A stretch of 64,000 nt of DNA. It comes from Squalus acanthias (taxonomy: Eukaryota). Shown one piece after another: positions 1 through 12,250 of this stretch. How positions within the stretch are numbered: the stretch's first letter is position 1; every line of letters starts with the position of its first letter. The stretch covers positions 53,568,001 to 53,632,000 of the forward strand of contig CM059446.1 of the NCBI GenBank assembly GCA_030390025.1. Reading direction: 5' to 3'. Under the pieces are notes generated by a model that did no database searches, was not told the DNA's origin, and saw only the letters and a list, made by a program, of their open reading frames with translations. The position numbers were made by a program, and so were the translations under genes.

Positions 1-213
1 CACTGAAGACACTCTGCAAACCTGAAGTGGAAATGTAATTCTCAGTGACAATACATGCGATTAATTACGAGTGCAAAAGTGGAGTGACAGTGCATTGATA
101 ACAGATACAGGTAGCCAATAACCTCTACAATGGAGTTACAATTTTGGTTGAAAAGAAAAAAACATGTACGAGTGTGGGAGTTGGGTACAAATCTAACCCA
201 AACTGATGGAATG

Positions 214-362
214 AAAGTCTCCTGATCGCTGGTAGTAACAAAGCTGGAATTCGGTACTCATCATTGTGGAAGCACCATCACAAGTGGTTCACCCCCATTT
301 ACTCAGGGCAACTCGGGACAGCCAATAAATTGTGATCTTGCGAGTGTCACCAACATTTCAAC
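214..362 (+). mobile_element. Degenerate 3' end of the LINE family seen at 54815-56435
   Basis: AGGGCAACTCGGGACAGCCAATAAAT resembles AGGGCAACTAGGGATGGGCAATAAAT at ~56364. Confidence 0.5.
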
Positions 363-769
363 AAACAAACAAATAATGAAATCAGTTTGGGTAGCCTGAA
401 TCCAAGCCTAGTGGGCGGGGGTCCACAGCGCAAACATTACTTGACCGCGTCACTCAAGAAAAGCCACAGGACGGATAGTGTGGGAATTGGAAAAATGTCA
501 GGAAGGGGAGCTCTTCCAAGTTTAGGGAAGAGATACATTGTCAGAGAGCGCACAGGAAATGCTCGATGTCAACATCAACTGGCCGAAATGGAAAGTGTTC
601 CATTCCCAGGGTTAAGAGGAGCTAAAAATTCAGACAAGAGGCCAATAAAAAAAATGTCTAACTTATTCTTCTGTATTAAAGTATACAAAAGCGCGGACAA
701 AGCCACAATTTATACGCGTGTGCATTCAGCGGACTTTAGTTCGTAATTTCATCAGGTTCTGTAACTTAA

Positions 770-935
770 TGGGTTTGAGTAATGGAATGGATAAGATTTT
801 TGTTAGGCAAGGGTATGTAAGGTTACAAAAACAAGGCAGGTAAATGGCGTTAAGATACAGATTATCCATGATCTAATTATCCATGGATGGCAGAACAGAC
901 TCGAGGGGCTGAAAGGCCTACTCCTGTTCTTATGT
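770..935 (+). mobile_element. CR1 (HER1-like) LINE 3' fragment
   Basis: Tail CTCGAGGGGCTGAAAGGCCTACTCCTGTTCTTATG shared with the other CR1 copies in the window. Confidence 0.7.
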
Positions 936-1009
936 TTAACTCACAGGGTCTGTGCTCTTTTTTTACAAAAAAACTACATTCAACAGTAAAGAAATCTGAA
1001 ACACCTCTA

Positions 1010-1370
1010 ATGACTCAGTTGATAAACATACAGCCCCGTAATGAACTGAGCCCCACAAAGCAGAGGGTGCTGGGTCTGATCCTTACTCCGAGTTAGCTAA
1101 GCTTAGCCAGGGTTGGCAGCAGGAGTGTTAAAAACAATTGCGGGGGAGACAAAGGAAAATTGTTAGCCAGGGTTGCTGCTCCTGATTGCTATCCTGCTGG
1201 AAAGTGTAGGTCATTAAGCCGGTGCAGGAGTGGGCTTGGCTACATTCGTCCCCACAGTTAAATACCCAGCCTCTGCTGACAAATAATAGCTTGGGCGAGG
1301 TACTGGAGACCAGCTAACACCCAAACTGTACTCCAGTAAGAGTCAGAAACTTTAAGGGGGAGACAAAAAA
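1010..1370 (+). mobile_element. SINE-like dispersed repeat, family A
   Basis: Similar to copies at ~5205-5670, ~23040-23200, ~41800-42060 (+) and ~51660-52000, ~53570-53810 (-), sharing AGCCAGGGTT..CTCCTGATTGCTATCC..GGAAAGTG. Confidence 0.6.
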
Positions 1371-3039
1371 AAGTTGTAGTAAGGCAAAAAATGCCCCACA
1401 TATCAATAAAACCCAAACACTATTCAAATTATCTTAAGTAGGCTCCCAAAAGAGATTCTTAAGCGGCTTTTACAGCCTGTAAACAAAATAAGAAATATTA
1501 AAGAGAGAAATGTTCAAATAAGGAAACAAGTTTGGGTGTCGTATCCATTTCCAAACAGTTACAAAATAAGGCGCTGATTGATTCGGGCAATTACACTGTT
1601 CAGGATATCTTACCCACCTCTATTATTATCAGGTATTGCGTTTCTTCAAGTACATTCTGACTCATTCTGCCAGGGTTGTCTTCAGAGCTGCTGTAGTGTA
1701 TCAAGTCTGCCAGATACCTTGAGGTACACTGGAAGTTGCCCAGTATTTTCCACATATATGGAGCGGGCAGGTAGTATTTTATTTGGTATGTTACTTCCAT
1801 GCGTTGTATGGTAAAATGCTTTCAGTTAACTTCATTTCTGACCAGTTTTAAGTCAACTCAAAAGGAAGTTCCTTAGCGCCGACTGTGAAGTTCAGGGAAC
1901 AAATAGCAACTATCTTAAAGTAAACAAAAAAAAACACAATAAAGAAAAGTATGTCTTTTAAAAACTAGATCCGGAGAAAAAAAATGTCATTCGGCTTATG
2001 AAACTCACTCCATCCAGTCGGTGAGTGATTATTTTATCAAGGACTCTCTCTCTCTCCTGCTCTGCCACTTTAATAAGATTAAGTTTCTTCCCCGACTTCC
2101 CCACCCCACTCCCTGCCACCCAGTGCAGTTACTATTTGCAACCCCCCTTTCCTCAATACATCCAGAAATTCTCAAAATGTTTGAAATGGACCTGTTTAAA
2201 CTAAAAGATTCAGCACACTAGAATAATTGGGCACAATGACTGGACATGAAATAAGGCAACTTTGGTCCAATTCAGATGAAGGCAAGGCATGAATGCCAGA
2301 AACCTGAAATCAAAATAATAAAATGTGTGGGGTGGTAAGCCTTTGAAGAACAGGTTAGTGTTTTGGTTGAAACTCATCGGTTCTGATCCAGGATCTTCAC
2401 CCAAAACGATGGCGTGTTTTTGTCTTTCAGATGGCTGACACGCATGTTGGATCCATCATTTATCTGTCTCGAGAGCACAATACAATTTCTGCTCGCTGAG
2501 GCAAGGTGAAGACCAGTTTGGTTACTGTAGCATGTTAGATACAGCAAATAAGTAGAATCCATACAAACACACAACAGATCCAAGCCAAGAATCCCAGTGT
2601 ACAATCCCGCTCCCTCTCATTCCGGACAGTTGATTTGCAATCTAAATGGGTTTTATTGAAGTCTTGGAGGAGTATGAGATAGAGATGAGAAATTTCAGCA
2701 TAGGAGGCAGACCCAATGTGTCTGTGCTGGTGAAGCTCCACATCGGAGCTGCTTACTCTGTTCCCATTTCCCTGCTCTCTCCCCATGTCACTTAATACTT
2801 TCTTATTTAGTCCCTGCAAAACGCTGATTTGATTTCAGAAGCCACCCATGGCAATACATGCTATATTCTAATAACCTTCTGTGTGAAAAAAATTCTTCCA
2901 GACTCCTTTATGCTTCTCTTCCAGTCCCGTACACGAACTATAACTTGCTATGTACGACTGCATAAACATAATGCTAATTTAAGTATAGGGTCAGATGAAG
3001 TAGGGTAGGAGGAGGATCTTGTGGAGCATAAGCACCAGC

Positions 3040-3345
3040 ATGTAGTGCAGCACCGAGGAACTGCTGCATTGTTGGAATTGAGGTGAGGTGTTAAACCGAA
3101 ACGCTGCCTGTTCTAGTGAATGCCAAATACGCCATCGAACTATTTGAAGAGCTCATGAGTTATCCTGACCAACATTCCTCCCTCCTCCAACCATCAGATA
3201 AATGCTCATTCATAGCTGTGGCATTTGTGGGATCTTCTCTACATAACAACAATGATTACATTTCAAAAGTATTTCATTGGCTGTAAAGCGCTTTTGGATG
3301 TCCTGAGATCGTGAAAGGCACTTTCGAAATGCAAGTCTTTCTTAG
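3040..3345 (+). mobile_element. DeuSINE (SacSINE1-like), degenerate
   Basis: Deu-like core and tail TTCAAAAGTA..ATTGGCTGTAAAGCGCTTT..GTGAAAGGC..AAATGCAAGTC. Confidence 0.7.
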
Positions 3346-4561
3346 AACAACAGTCACTACACAAAGTAATTGCATGAAGCACTTCGAAGCATCGTGTTTT
3401 TAAAAAAAAAAATCCATCTTGACATTTTGTATCTCTAAATCACAGATGCACAGAAATAAAGACCAAAACTTCTGTAGATAAAAGGCAATCTTACAGCAGA
3501 ATGCCGGATGCAGTATATATTGTTACAAAAGATGGGACTTTAGAAGAAAATTGGTTCTGGCATCGTCACAGCTGTAACAGCAGGGACAGCTTTTATTGGT
3601 TACTTTTTGGTCTCCTATTTATTAGTGGTTGCATGTTTGTTCGAAGGGGTGGGGTGAATTGTTTATCAGGGTATTTTCTGTCACTTGCATGAAACAGAAA
3701 CAGCTGTTTAAACTTGCAGCTTGTACAGCTGTGCCTATATAAGGACATCAAAAGTACTCTAAAGTTTCATCTTGTGGGTGTCATGTCGTGGGCTGTTGCT
3801 ATGAAATTTGCTTTCATGCTCCCAACACAATAAAAATGAGCGGAGGCATTAATCTGCTCTTTCTCTCCACATCCTCCCCTCCTAGAAAGCAACGTTAAGT
3901 CTAAAAATACAGGAAATTCATTAACATAATGCAAGTAAAAATGAGCCTGTGGTCTACTTGGAAAATAAAAACCCTCGTGCTCAACAAAATGCCGAGGAAA
4001 GACGTGCAATTACTTGAGGCTGGGTTTAGATGGCCACTGAATGACGCATTTATACTTCACCCACCTCCTGGACCCTCACTCCAAAGAGTAAAACAAGGTG
4101 ATACTAAACAATTTGAACCCAACCAACAGCAGGTTTCAACTGTGCAAGGTATCGAAAGGAAACGTGCATCAATTAAAAGGCAGGTTTTAGCTGAATAATT
4201 GATGAATTTAATATTGAGTGGGCCAGCACAGACAAGTAACAACGTGAAAAGGATTCATTCCTGCAGTTTCTTTTTTTTTATATATAAAGGGAAGGTTGTG
4301 TTTAATTAATAGGTCAGAATAGAGAATAGCATAAAAGATGAATGCATAATTTGTGATCTTCAGTAAATTGCTGTAAAACCATTACCTACATTGGCTAAAA
4401 AAATGTATACAAGGCTAATTTTACTAACTAACACATTAGTCTGCAAGACACAGTTGTGCAGGATGCTGCATCAGTTCTACAAAGTCTTGCTGTACCTGAA
4501 TACTTGATTAACCTTTTTCAATAGCTGTGTTTATTTTTTAATTCAAAAGATTATTAAGTAC

Positions 4562-4962
4562 GGATATGGTAGCGTAGTAGTTGTTACAGGACTAGTGATC
4601 CAGAGGCCTGGACTAATAATCAAGAGAATGTGCATGCAAATCCCACCATGGTAGTTTGAGAATTTGAATTCAGTTTAAAGAAAATGCGGAAACAATTAAA
4701 TAAAAGCTGGGATCAGTAAAAATCATGAAGCCATCAGACTGTCATAAAAACCTGCCGTCCTTACTCGGTCTGGCCTATATGTGACTCCAGTCCCCCACCA
4801 ATGTGGTTGACTCTTAACTGCCCTCTGAAGTAGCCTAGTAAGCCACTCAGTTGCATTGAACCACTACTCAGTGGTTTATAGAAGGCGGCCCACCACCTTT
4901 TCAGCGCAGGTAGGAATGGGCAATAAATGCCGGCTTCGCCAGCATGAGAATGAATAAATAAA
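4562..4962 (+). mobile_element. tRNA-derived SINE, family B, with LINE-derived tail
   Basis: tRNA-like head GGTAGCGTAGTAG, body GGTCTGGCCTATATGTGACTCCAG, tail GAAGGCGGCCCACCACC..GGGCAATAAATGCCGGC matching the LINE 3' end at ~56340-56400. Confidence 0.7.
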
Positions 4963-5204
4963 TTTTAAAAAGTAACGTAAGCACAGTTCCTCTGTCAACT
5001 GGAAATCTAATGTCCTCAAACGTTAATATTGATGTAATGGTTAATGACAGCTCAGTAACTGTAATTTTCAGCTCCTTCACTTTGCATGTGTTCAGTCCCT
5101 GGATCCCAAAATATAGCTTCACCATCACTACCAATATTAAGTATGCAGAAAGGCCCTGGTGCCCTCAAGGCCTCAGTGGGTAAAGATACCATAAAATGTG
5201 ATAC

Positions 5205-5670
5205 TGACCCAGAAAAACAAGAAAATCAGGGGTTTGATTCCCAGTCTGTGCCGAGTGATGAATTTAATACTGAGTGGGCCAACTTGGGCATGGAACAGTG
5301 TTCAAAGGATCCTTCCTTCAATATCTTTCTTTTCAAGGGGATGCTGTGTTTAATAAATTAAATCCATTAATTGATCTCAGCCAGGGTGGCAATAAGGGTG
5401 ATACAATTTGCCTCAGCACCCTTGGAGGGGTAGGATATGGGCACTGTTTCTTCCCCAATCATTATCCAACAATTCCTCCTAGAAGGTGCCTGTACAGAGA
5501 TAGAGAACGAACAGAATCAAGCATGGCCGTGGTTCATTCTGCCGTCTAAGACCCTTACTTAGGTCACATTGTGAAGAATGGCCACTTGTGGCAGGTATCA
5601 GGTGACTGATGCTAGTGGAACCATATCCAAGAAGTTAATATCTTCCAAAGAGAGGCAGAAAATAGGCAAA
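5205..5670 (+). mobile_element. SINE-like family A, degenerate
   Basis: GTGAAGAATGGCCACTTG and CTCAGCCAGGGTGGC motifs shared with other copies. Confidence 0.55.
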
Positions 5671-6379
5671 ACAAAACCTTGCATTATTTAGCAATTATGG
5701 TAACTGATGTGCAATTGATAATTTTTTTTAATTATGAAAAGAAATTTGTAAAATGGCCAATTTGCCTTTAAATGAGGAAGATTATTTGTTTGCCAGACAG
5801 CTAATCTGGGCCCCGCTCACAAGGAATGGGTTAAATCAATCTGTAGTCACAGACAATAGCTAGTCACAGAAGGAGATCTGTGATCCTAACCAGCTGTCCA
5901 GTTACCCTGAAGAACCATTATATCAAGGAACACATCTGGATGAATTTGTACTAATCCTTGAAAGCTCACTCCAGTTAACAACAAAAGGGTTGGATCTAAT
6001 GTAGGAACTGAGCTAACAACAGCCATGGGGCATAAATTAAGCATGGGTTTGTTTCCTGGCACGAGGTTCATATTTTTTTCTTAAAATTGATAAAATAAGC
6101 AGAAATGCTCATGGAAAAGATTGCCCTAAAATACAAATCAAAATGAGGTCACCAATTCAAGCACATCAATAAGGACTACAATAATTATATAGACAATAGA
6201 ATTAAATTTAAACCTGAAAATAAAGAGAAAGGCTTTATAAAAATATTTATAAATACACATCATACAGGAAAATAGTTGATTAATCTTTGCTATTTTGTTT
6301 GCCATGCTGTGTAAGCCGAGCAAGAATTCTCTCAGCTAAATACAGCGGCTTGCCTGACAAGGGAGGCTTTCACAGTCAG

Positions 6380-6515
6380 TGGTGACGTCAGTCGAGGGCA
6401 GAGCTGTTGAGAGCTCTGCTGCAGGCAGTTCTGTTACTACGCGGAGAGCCAATCACATTCCAGAGCACAACCTTTGAACTCAGCTACATCATCACCAGCT
6501 TCCTGTACTTCCTAA
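6380..6515. promoter_or_regulatory. Intronic promoter/enhancer: CRE + CCAAT + tandem ETS sites
   Basis: TGACGTCA 6383-6390, GCCAATCA around 6449-6453, CTTCCT twice at ~6499-6513, local CpG retention. Confidence 0.55.
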
Positions 6516-9500
6516 CTACACTATGCAATGCAGTATGTCTGTCTAGTTATGCAGCGTAAAGCAGAGCCATTTTGTCTCTCTGAAGTTGACTGCAGCTGAC
6601 TAAAAGCTTAAAAAAGACAGCTATACTTCCCCTCTAAACAATGCACCAGTACCTTCACTTCTCACAAAATAGTCTGATACATGCCTACAGGCTTCCAGCT
6701 AGCCACACAAATTAATTTACTGATAGAAAACAAGCAGAAACCCCTTGAAGAAATGTTGAAAACAAGCTCTGTACAAGTGATTTCTACCTTCATAAAATGG
6801 CTGCCAAATAAACTGACTGGATCCCAATGCAAGAAACATGACTGCACAACTTTTTTGGAGCAAATACAGCATCTATCACCAACCACACGTTCCCCATTTC
6901 CATGCTGACAATAAAGTAACTCATATTGTATAATACTCTTAATACTTATTTTTGGTGAAGTTTCCCTGACACAACATACTATCCTGCACAACAGAAATTA
7001 AACATTCTATTCTCCCTCCATGGACTTGATTTCTAGATGCTACAACACACAAAGTTTAATTTCCATTTACAAGTGCAATCTAGGAGAGGAAAACTAGCAT
7101 TCATTTTGGAAGAAACATTTTAATCACGTCCACACAGACGCACCATTCTGGAATATGCTTCATTTTTGATTAAGTTCTCAACCTGTCCCTGGGCAGATAT
7201 TTTATTGGTAAAGGTGCTTCTCGTTACCAGTGACTTGACTGCAACAAACGATGCATCGTACTTGAATTTAGTCCTTATTTCCAAAGCATATGGAATTCAG
7301 TTCAAACTAACTGAATATTTAACTATATTGTTCAACAGTCTGGTATCAAAGCACAATAAATCTACATATATATCCACACTTGCTTTTTCTATATTTAACG
7401 GCTCAGAACTTTCCAAACCATGCAACAAATGCAACAGCAGAGAATTCAAAAAGAATGCACACTGCTTAAGATCAGAATGAGAAAATGGGACTATAAAATC
7501 TCAAATAGTTAACTGAATTTGGTAATCCAGGCAGTAATAAACTCCAATTTGTTTTGGTAAGGCATGCTCCTCAGAATAAATTGTGGAGGTAAGCGTTAAA
7601 ATTGTTTACAGCAAGCAGCTCACTTTCTGAACATATTAATGATCAGTAAAACTTTTTAAAAAAACACTCAGGGGTACAGCTAGGTTTGAATCTTTACCAT
7701 TGCAAAATACTCGCAAGTTATTCGATCAACACGATATTCATCCTTATAATTGTATCTATGGATGGGGAGGTGGTAACATTTAAAACCCCTACTCCAAAAC
7801 AGTGACAGGGTATTGAAACATAAAAGGCAGCTCAATAACTACAGAAGTTTGGCAGATTTTTTCTCTCCACAATCGTGGAACACGAAAAGCACAAGCAGTG
7901 CAAATGCATGCGAGTAGTTATTTTTTTGTACGATTAACCACCGAGTTAACCAGTAGGGGAAAATGGAGTTCTGCTCTGTCGCTCGATGTGCAGCAAACTC
8001 AACCACATCTACAAAAAAAATTCTGAAGAACTGCAAGCTTCTGTTGAAAATTAAACCATTTTCATAACTTTGCAAGATCTCCAGTATACAGAGTGAAAGC
8101 CCTGTGGGTGTTGAAGCTGCTAATTCTATCCAAAGTACATTTGAATGTTCAAAAGTAATGCAAATATTTAGTTCCCAGAGTTATGTTGTCAAGCAATCTA
8201 TAAATTACCATCAATGCTTTAGATTATACTGTGATGTGGTTGCTCCCATTTTTGTATATTCGAACTTTCAACATTTTTTAAAACAAGAGATTGAACATAA
8301 TCTCTAGGTTTTACAATTTTTGAAAATGTTTTGTGGACTTACCAGCAGTTTTCAACATGCATGCATAGATCAACCTTTTCAAACTTGTGCCCCTCTCAAC
8401 TCTCATGATCCAAACAAATCTTTCTTTAGCTGATTTTCCACCATAACTAGGAAAAGTGGTATGACATGGTGCAATGTTCCACAAATGATCGTGAATTTCT
8501 ACACTTACCACGCAAAGCGGCCCTTCAGAAGGGCCGGCACAGACTCGATGGGCTGAATGGCCTCCTTCTGTGCTGACTATTCTATGATTCTATGAGTACC
8601 ATTTGCATTAAACATTCCAAAGGCAGTGAAAATGTTGGTTTGAGAGTATATCCCAAATGATAAATTGCTCACAACAAATCACTTGCCCTAATCAAACTGA
8701 AGACAGTGAATCACAATTTGACGCGACGTACTAGCAATCTAAACGGTCATTTTCTCAGACTATGTAATGATGACACCAGAACCCAAGGTATGGTAGGGTA
8801 ATTTTATTTATACAAGATCATCTTTTTAACAATCAAGAATGAAGTCACATCTGTAGCTCTTTGAGTGGTAGAATTAGATGGACACAGGAACTCATGACTA
8901 TTTGGAGGTGAAGGGTCAGGTTTGGGATACCAGTGACTGTGCCTTATTTCAATGAACACAGATGTTCCCATTCCAAATGTAGGTCCACCATGGACAACTT
9001 CAACGAGCTTCCCTTCTCTGTGAAGTGGAGGAAGCACAACTAGAAAGAACCAATATCTGCCAGCAGTTGACCATGTACTTTGATACTATTTCAAGGCACC
9101 TAAACAAGTACCTTGAAAGGAACTCAAAACCCTCCAGATGTATGCATGCCCAAAGGTGACATGCCAAATTCCAAATTGCTGGCGGAATTTAGAACAGGTG
9201 GAGTAACTCTCGGCAAAGGACCTTTTTCCATCCAAAAAGATGTCGTCCCCACCCCCACCCCCAAGATTAGATAGGACTGAGGTGGATGGACATCAATGTT
9301 TCATAAGAAGCCATTGTATGTCCACAATTTCACAAAAGGAATCCACTAAGCATCAACTTGCCATGTAAATAGTGCAGTATGGGGCATTTGCTTCACAGCT
9401 AATGGTTACAATTGTTCAAGCCACCACGTTGATCTTAGTGAATTGTTCCACACAGTGAAACCAGTCCTAGAGCGTACCCAAGGTCAAGCCTACCATGACA

Positions 9501-11046
9501 ATGACACCTCAGGTGACCACCCAACGAAAAGGTCCACCTGTCCACCTAAAGTAAATCCCAAAAAAGGCCATTAGAGACTAGTTTCTCTGAAATTAGCAAA
9601 ATTATAAATGTATTCGTTTTTAAGAAAAATGTAAACATTGGAAGTTTAGTTTAATATACATTTTTTTAAATAAATTATTATTAAACAGTTGACCAAGCCC
9701 ATCCTTTTGCAAATTATGTGTAATCACAATTAAGATACCTTCAGTGGGGTATGTTGATGTCAGAGGTGAGAAAATCTTCAATGTTCACATTAAAATCAGT
9801 AAGCAATAAATACTATTTCCACGGTGGAACATCTTTTAAAGATGACACCATATTACAGTGCCTCAATCTTAAATCACAGATCAAAAGCAACTGAAATTCA
9901 AATATTGTCAATTGCTAACTATGCTAACGGCCAAAGAATTAATATTTTAAGATAATTTTCATTGCACACAAATTTACAAGTAAACAAAAAAAATTCTAAA
10001 TCCAGGTTAACATCTTTCAATTAAAAGCACCACCTATGGCCAGGTGTCTGGTAGGCAACAGTATCCATTGACCTGTTAAAAGTTCAACAATTATTAAAAG
10101 TTATAGGATCTTTCAATGTAAAGCTTCTACGGTTTCTTAATACCATCGAGAAATATCTTTTACTTTTGCAGTATGAATGCATCATCTACCCAATGTCATG
10201 AAATAAACCTAGATACACATATATAAAATGTGATGGGAATGAAGTGTTGCAAAGTAATTAAAACAATTAGAATACTTTAAAGTTTAAAAAAGGTGTATTC
10301 AAGATAATAAACATCTTCAAGAAAGACAAAAGCATTTCAGGGGCACAGGGCATAGAAGCACAGAAAAAGGAGCCCAGGCATATAGTATGCACATTATTAT
10401 TCCAATACAGGAGATAGGGACACAAGCATAGCAAACTTTTCACCAAATTGTGATAAAAATTGACAAAATACCCCAAGACATACAGTGAAATGGTGTGGTG
10501 GTGATAAAAATATAGACTAAGAAGCAACTTTCCAACAGGCACTTCTTAATTTATCTATAAATATGAAAAAAATTTCATTCATGCAACTTTTTGTAGTATA
10601 TTATTTACTACAATTTACTTCTATGGGTTTACTATGATCACCAAATCCTCAAATTCTCAAACCCGTCTGCATTGTGAGTAAAATGGTGCATTGCAGCAAC
10701 AGCAACGACAAGGTCATCTTACTCCAGCAACATGAACGGAATGAATATATTCGTTAGATTAATAGGACATAAACAATAAAGTGGACTCGACGATCTCGCA
10801 TTGTATTTCCATTGCTTAATATAGGCCCAAATGGCATATCATAAGTTGGAGAAACTGCGAGCAAAAAAAAAACAGGGTGGGGCTTTTTAGGAATCTCAAG
10901 GTCATCGATGAAAGATTGGGGGCAGAAATCGGGAAAATTTGCTTTAGATATCGAGGGTAGGAAAGGATAATCATCAAGGTAAACAATGTGCTGAAAGCCC
11001 CCCTAGAAAAAAAATGGGAGAGAGAAAGTCGACAGAGAGCTCGTAC

Positions 11047-11312
11047 CTGGAAGCGTTGCTGCGGTCTGAACCGTCGTCTTCGGGGGTTTTCTCCTCGTGA
11101 GACATCATTTCGGGAGTGGGGAGCTTTCGGGGCTCGGGTTTGTTCTTGGGTACACGTGGATGTGGGGCTTCCAGGTGCAGATTTGCCCTGTCAAAGTTGG
11201 TGGAAGCTCGGAAGTCTGCTCCAGTCAGCTGCTCGCTGCTCGCGTTGCAAAGCCCTGACGCAGCATCGACATTGTTCAAGCACTCAATACCATTGTCGCT
11301 CCCCGACAAGGT
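11047..11312 (-). CDS. Second coding exon of the unidentified gene: TLSGSDNGIECLNNVDAASGLC...EEKTPEDDGSDRSNAS
   Basis: ttttttgtAG acceptor, CCAG|GTACGA donor, 266 nt, GC/CpG-rich, open in one frame only (ORF-track 10974..11309). Family not recognised. Confidence 0.65.
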
Positions 11313-11518
11313 CTACAAAAAACATATATATATATTTTTGTAAAAATCTAGTAAATATTTAAAAAGCCAAAAAACTTGAAAAGTAAACTCCATTTTCTCT
11401 CAAATCTGGCCACGGAATACAAGTTCAATTTTAATTACGTCATTCTAATTTTATATTAAATTATCTCTTTTTTTAAAAAAAAGCATTCTTTTTAATAAAT
11501 AAATGGTTGTAAACATAC

Positions 11519-11527
11519 CTGTTCCAT
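11519..11527 (-). CDS. First coding nucleotides (ATG GAA CAG = MEQ) of an unidentified gene downstream of CTC1
   Basis: ATGG context, in-frame TAG upstream, strong CAG|GTATGT donor. Phase 0 matches the only open frame of the next exon. Confidence 0.6.
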
Positions 11528-11529
11528 GT

Positions 11530-12250
11530 ATCGCCGAGGCACGGGCTAGTTTATGCTCCGTCGAGTAAACTTCGCTAAATCGAAACCGATTCCTCTTTTC
11601 GCTGCTCTTAAACCCCCAGGATTAGTCTCCACAAAAAAAACCTCAAGAGTTGTAAAATGTCATTTCTTTTGATCGGTGGGTTCTCGCGTTTTTTTTTAAA
11701 AACACACACACAAAAAAAAAGAGAAAAAAGTCGTTCAAAAATGGAGGTGCGCCATGTCTGCAAAGCTCAAAAACAACGACATCTGGGATCGGTCCGCTTG
11801 CCGAAAAAAAGAAAAGAAAAATTTACAAACACACACACACACAAATCAGGAAAAAAAAGCAGCCAAGATTTCTCCGCACCCCGCTTCCAAATCGACCTTT
11901 TGCGGGGAGTTTGCACTGAAATGAGGCGCAGTCTGGCTGGAGCGGCGCGGTGAAGTTGCTAAAAGTTGCATTAGGTGTATTGGAAGTGCAGTGAATCTCG
12001 CCCAGCCACCGCCGCCATAGAGCTTCTTCTCAGCGCCCAGGCTCCCTTCCCTCTCTTTGATTGACAGCAACGACGCTGCGAAATAATTGCAACATTTTCC
12101 CCGGACTCAGGTGATGGACCAAGTAAAGACCCACCCCTACCCACAACACACACACACACAAACCATGGGCTTTTAAAGGTATGCTTTGCCTTTGGGAACT
12201 GTTTCACCCAAAGGACCCCCCCTCTTGCCCCCCCATTTGGAACCTGTTAC
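11530..12250 (-). promoter_or_regulatory. CpG-island promoter and 5' leader of the unidentified minus-strand gene
   Basis: Dense CpGs against a CpG-depleted background. YY1-like CCGCCAT (~12012-12018) and CCATTTT motifs. Lies directly upstream of the spliced MEQ exon. Confidence 0.7.

Noticed and set aside
2402-2524. Possible third exon of the unidentified gene (NQTGLHLASASRNC...), phase-compatible with the 11047 donor
   Set aside because: Weak pyrimidine tract, poor donor (GTGAAG) and no recognisable homology; not enough support.
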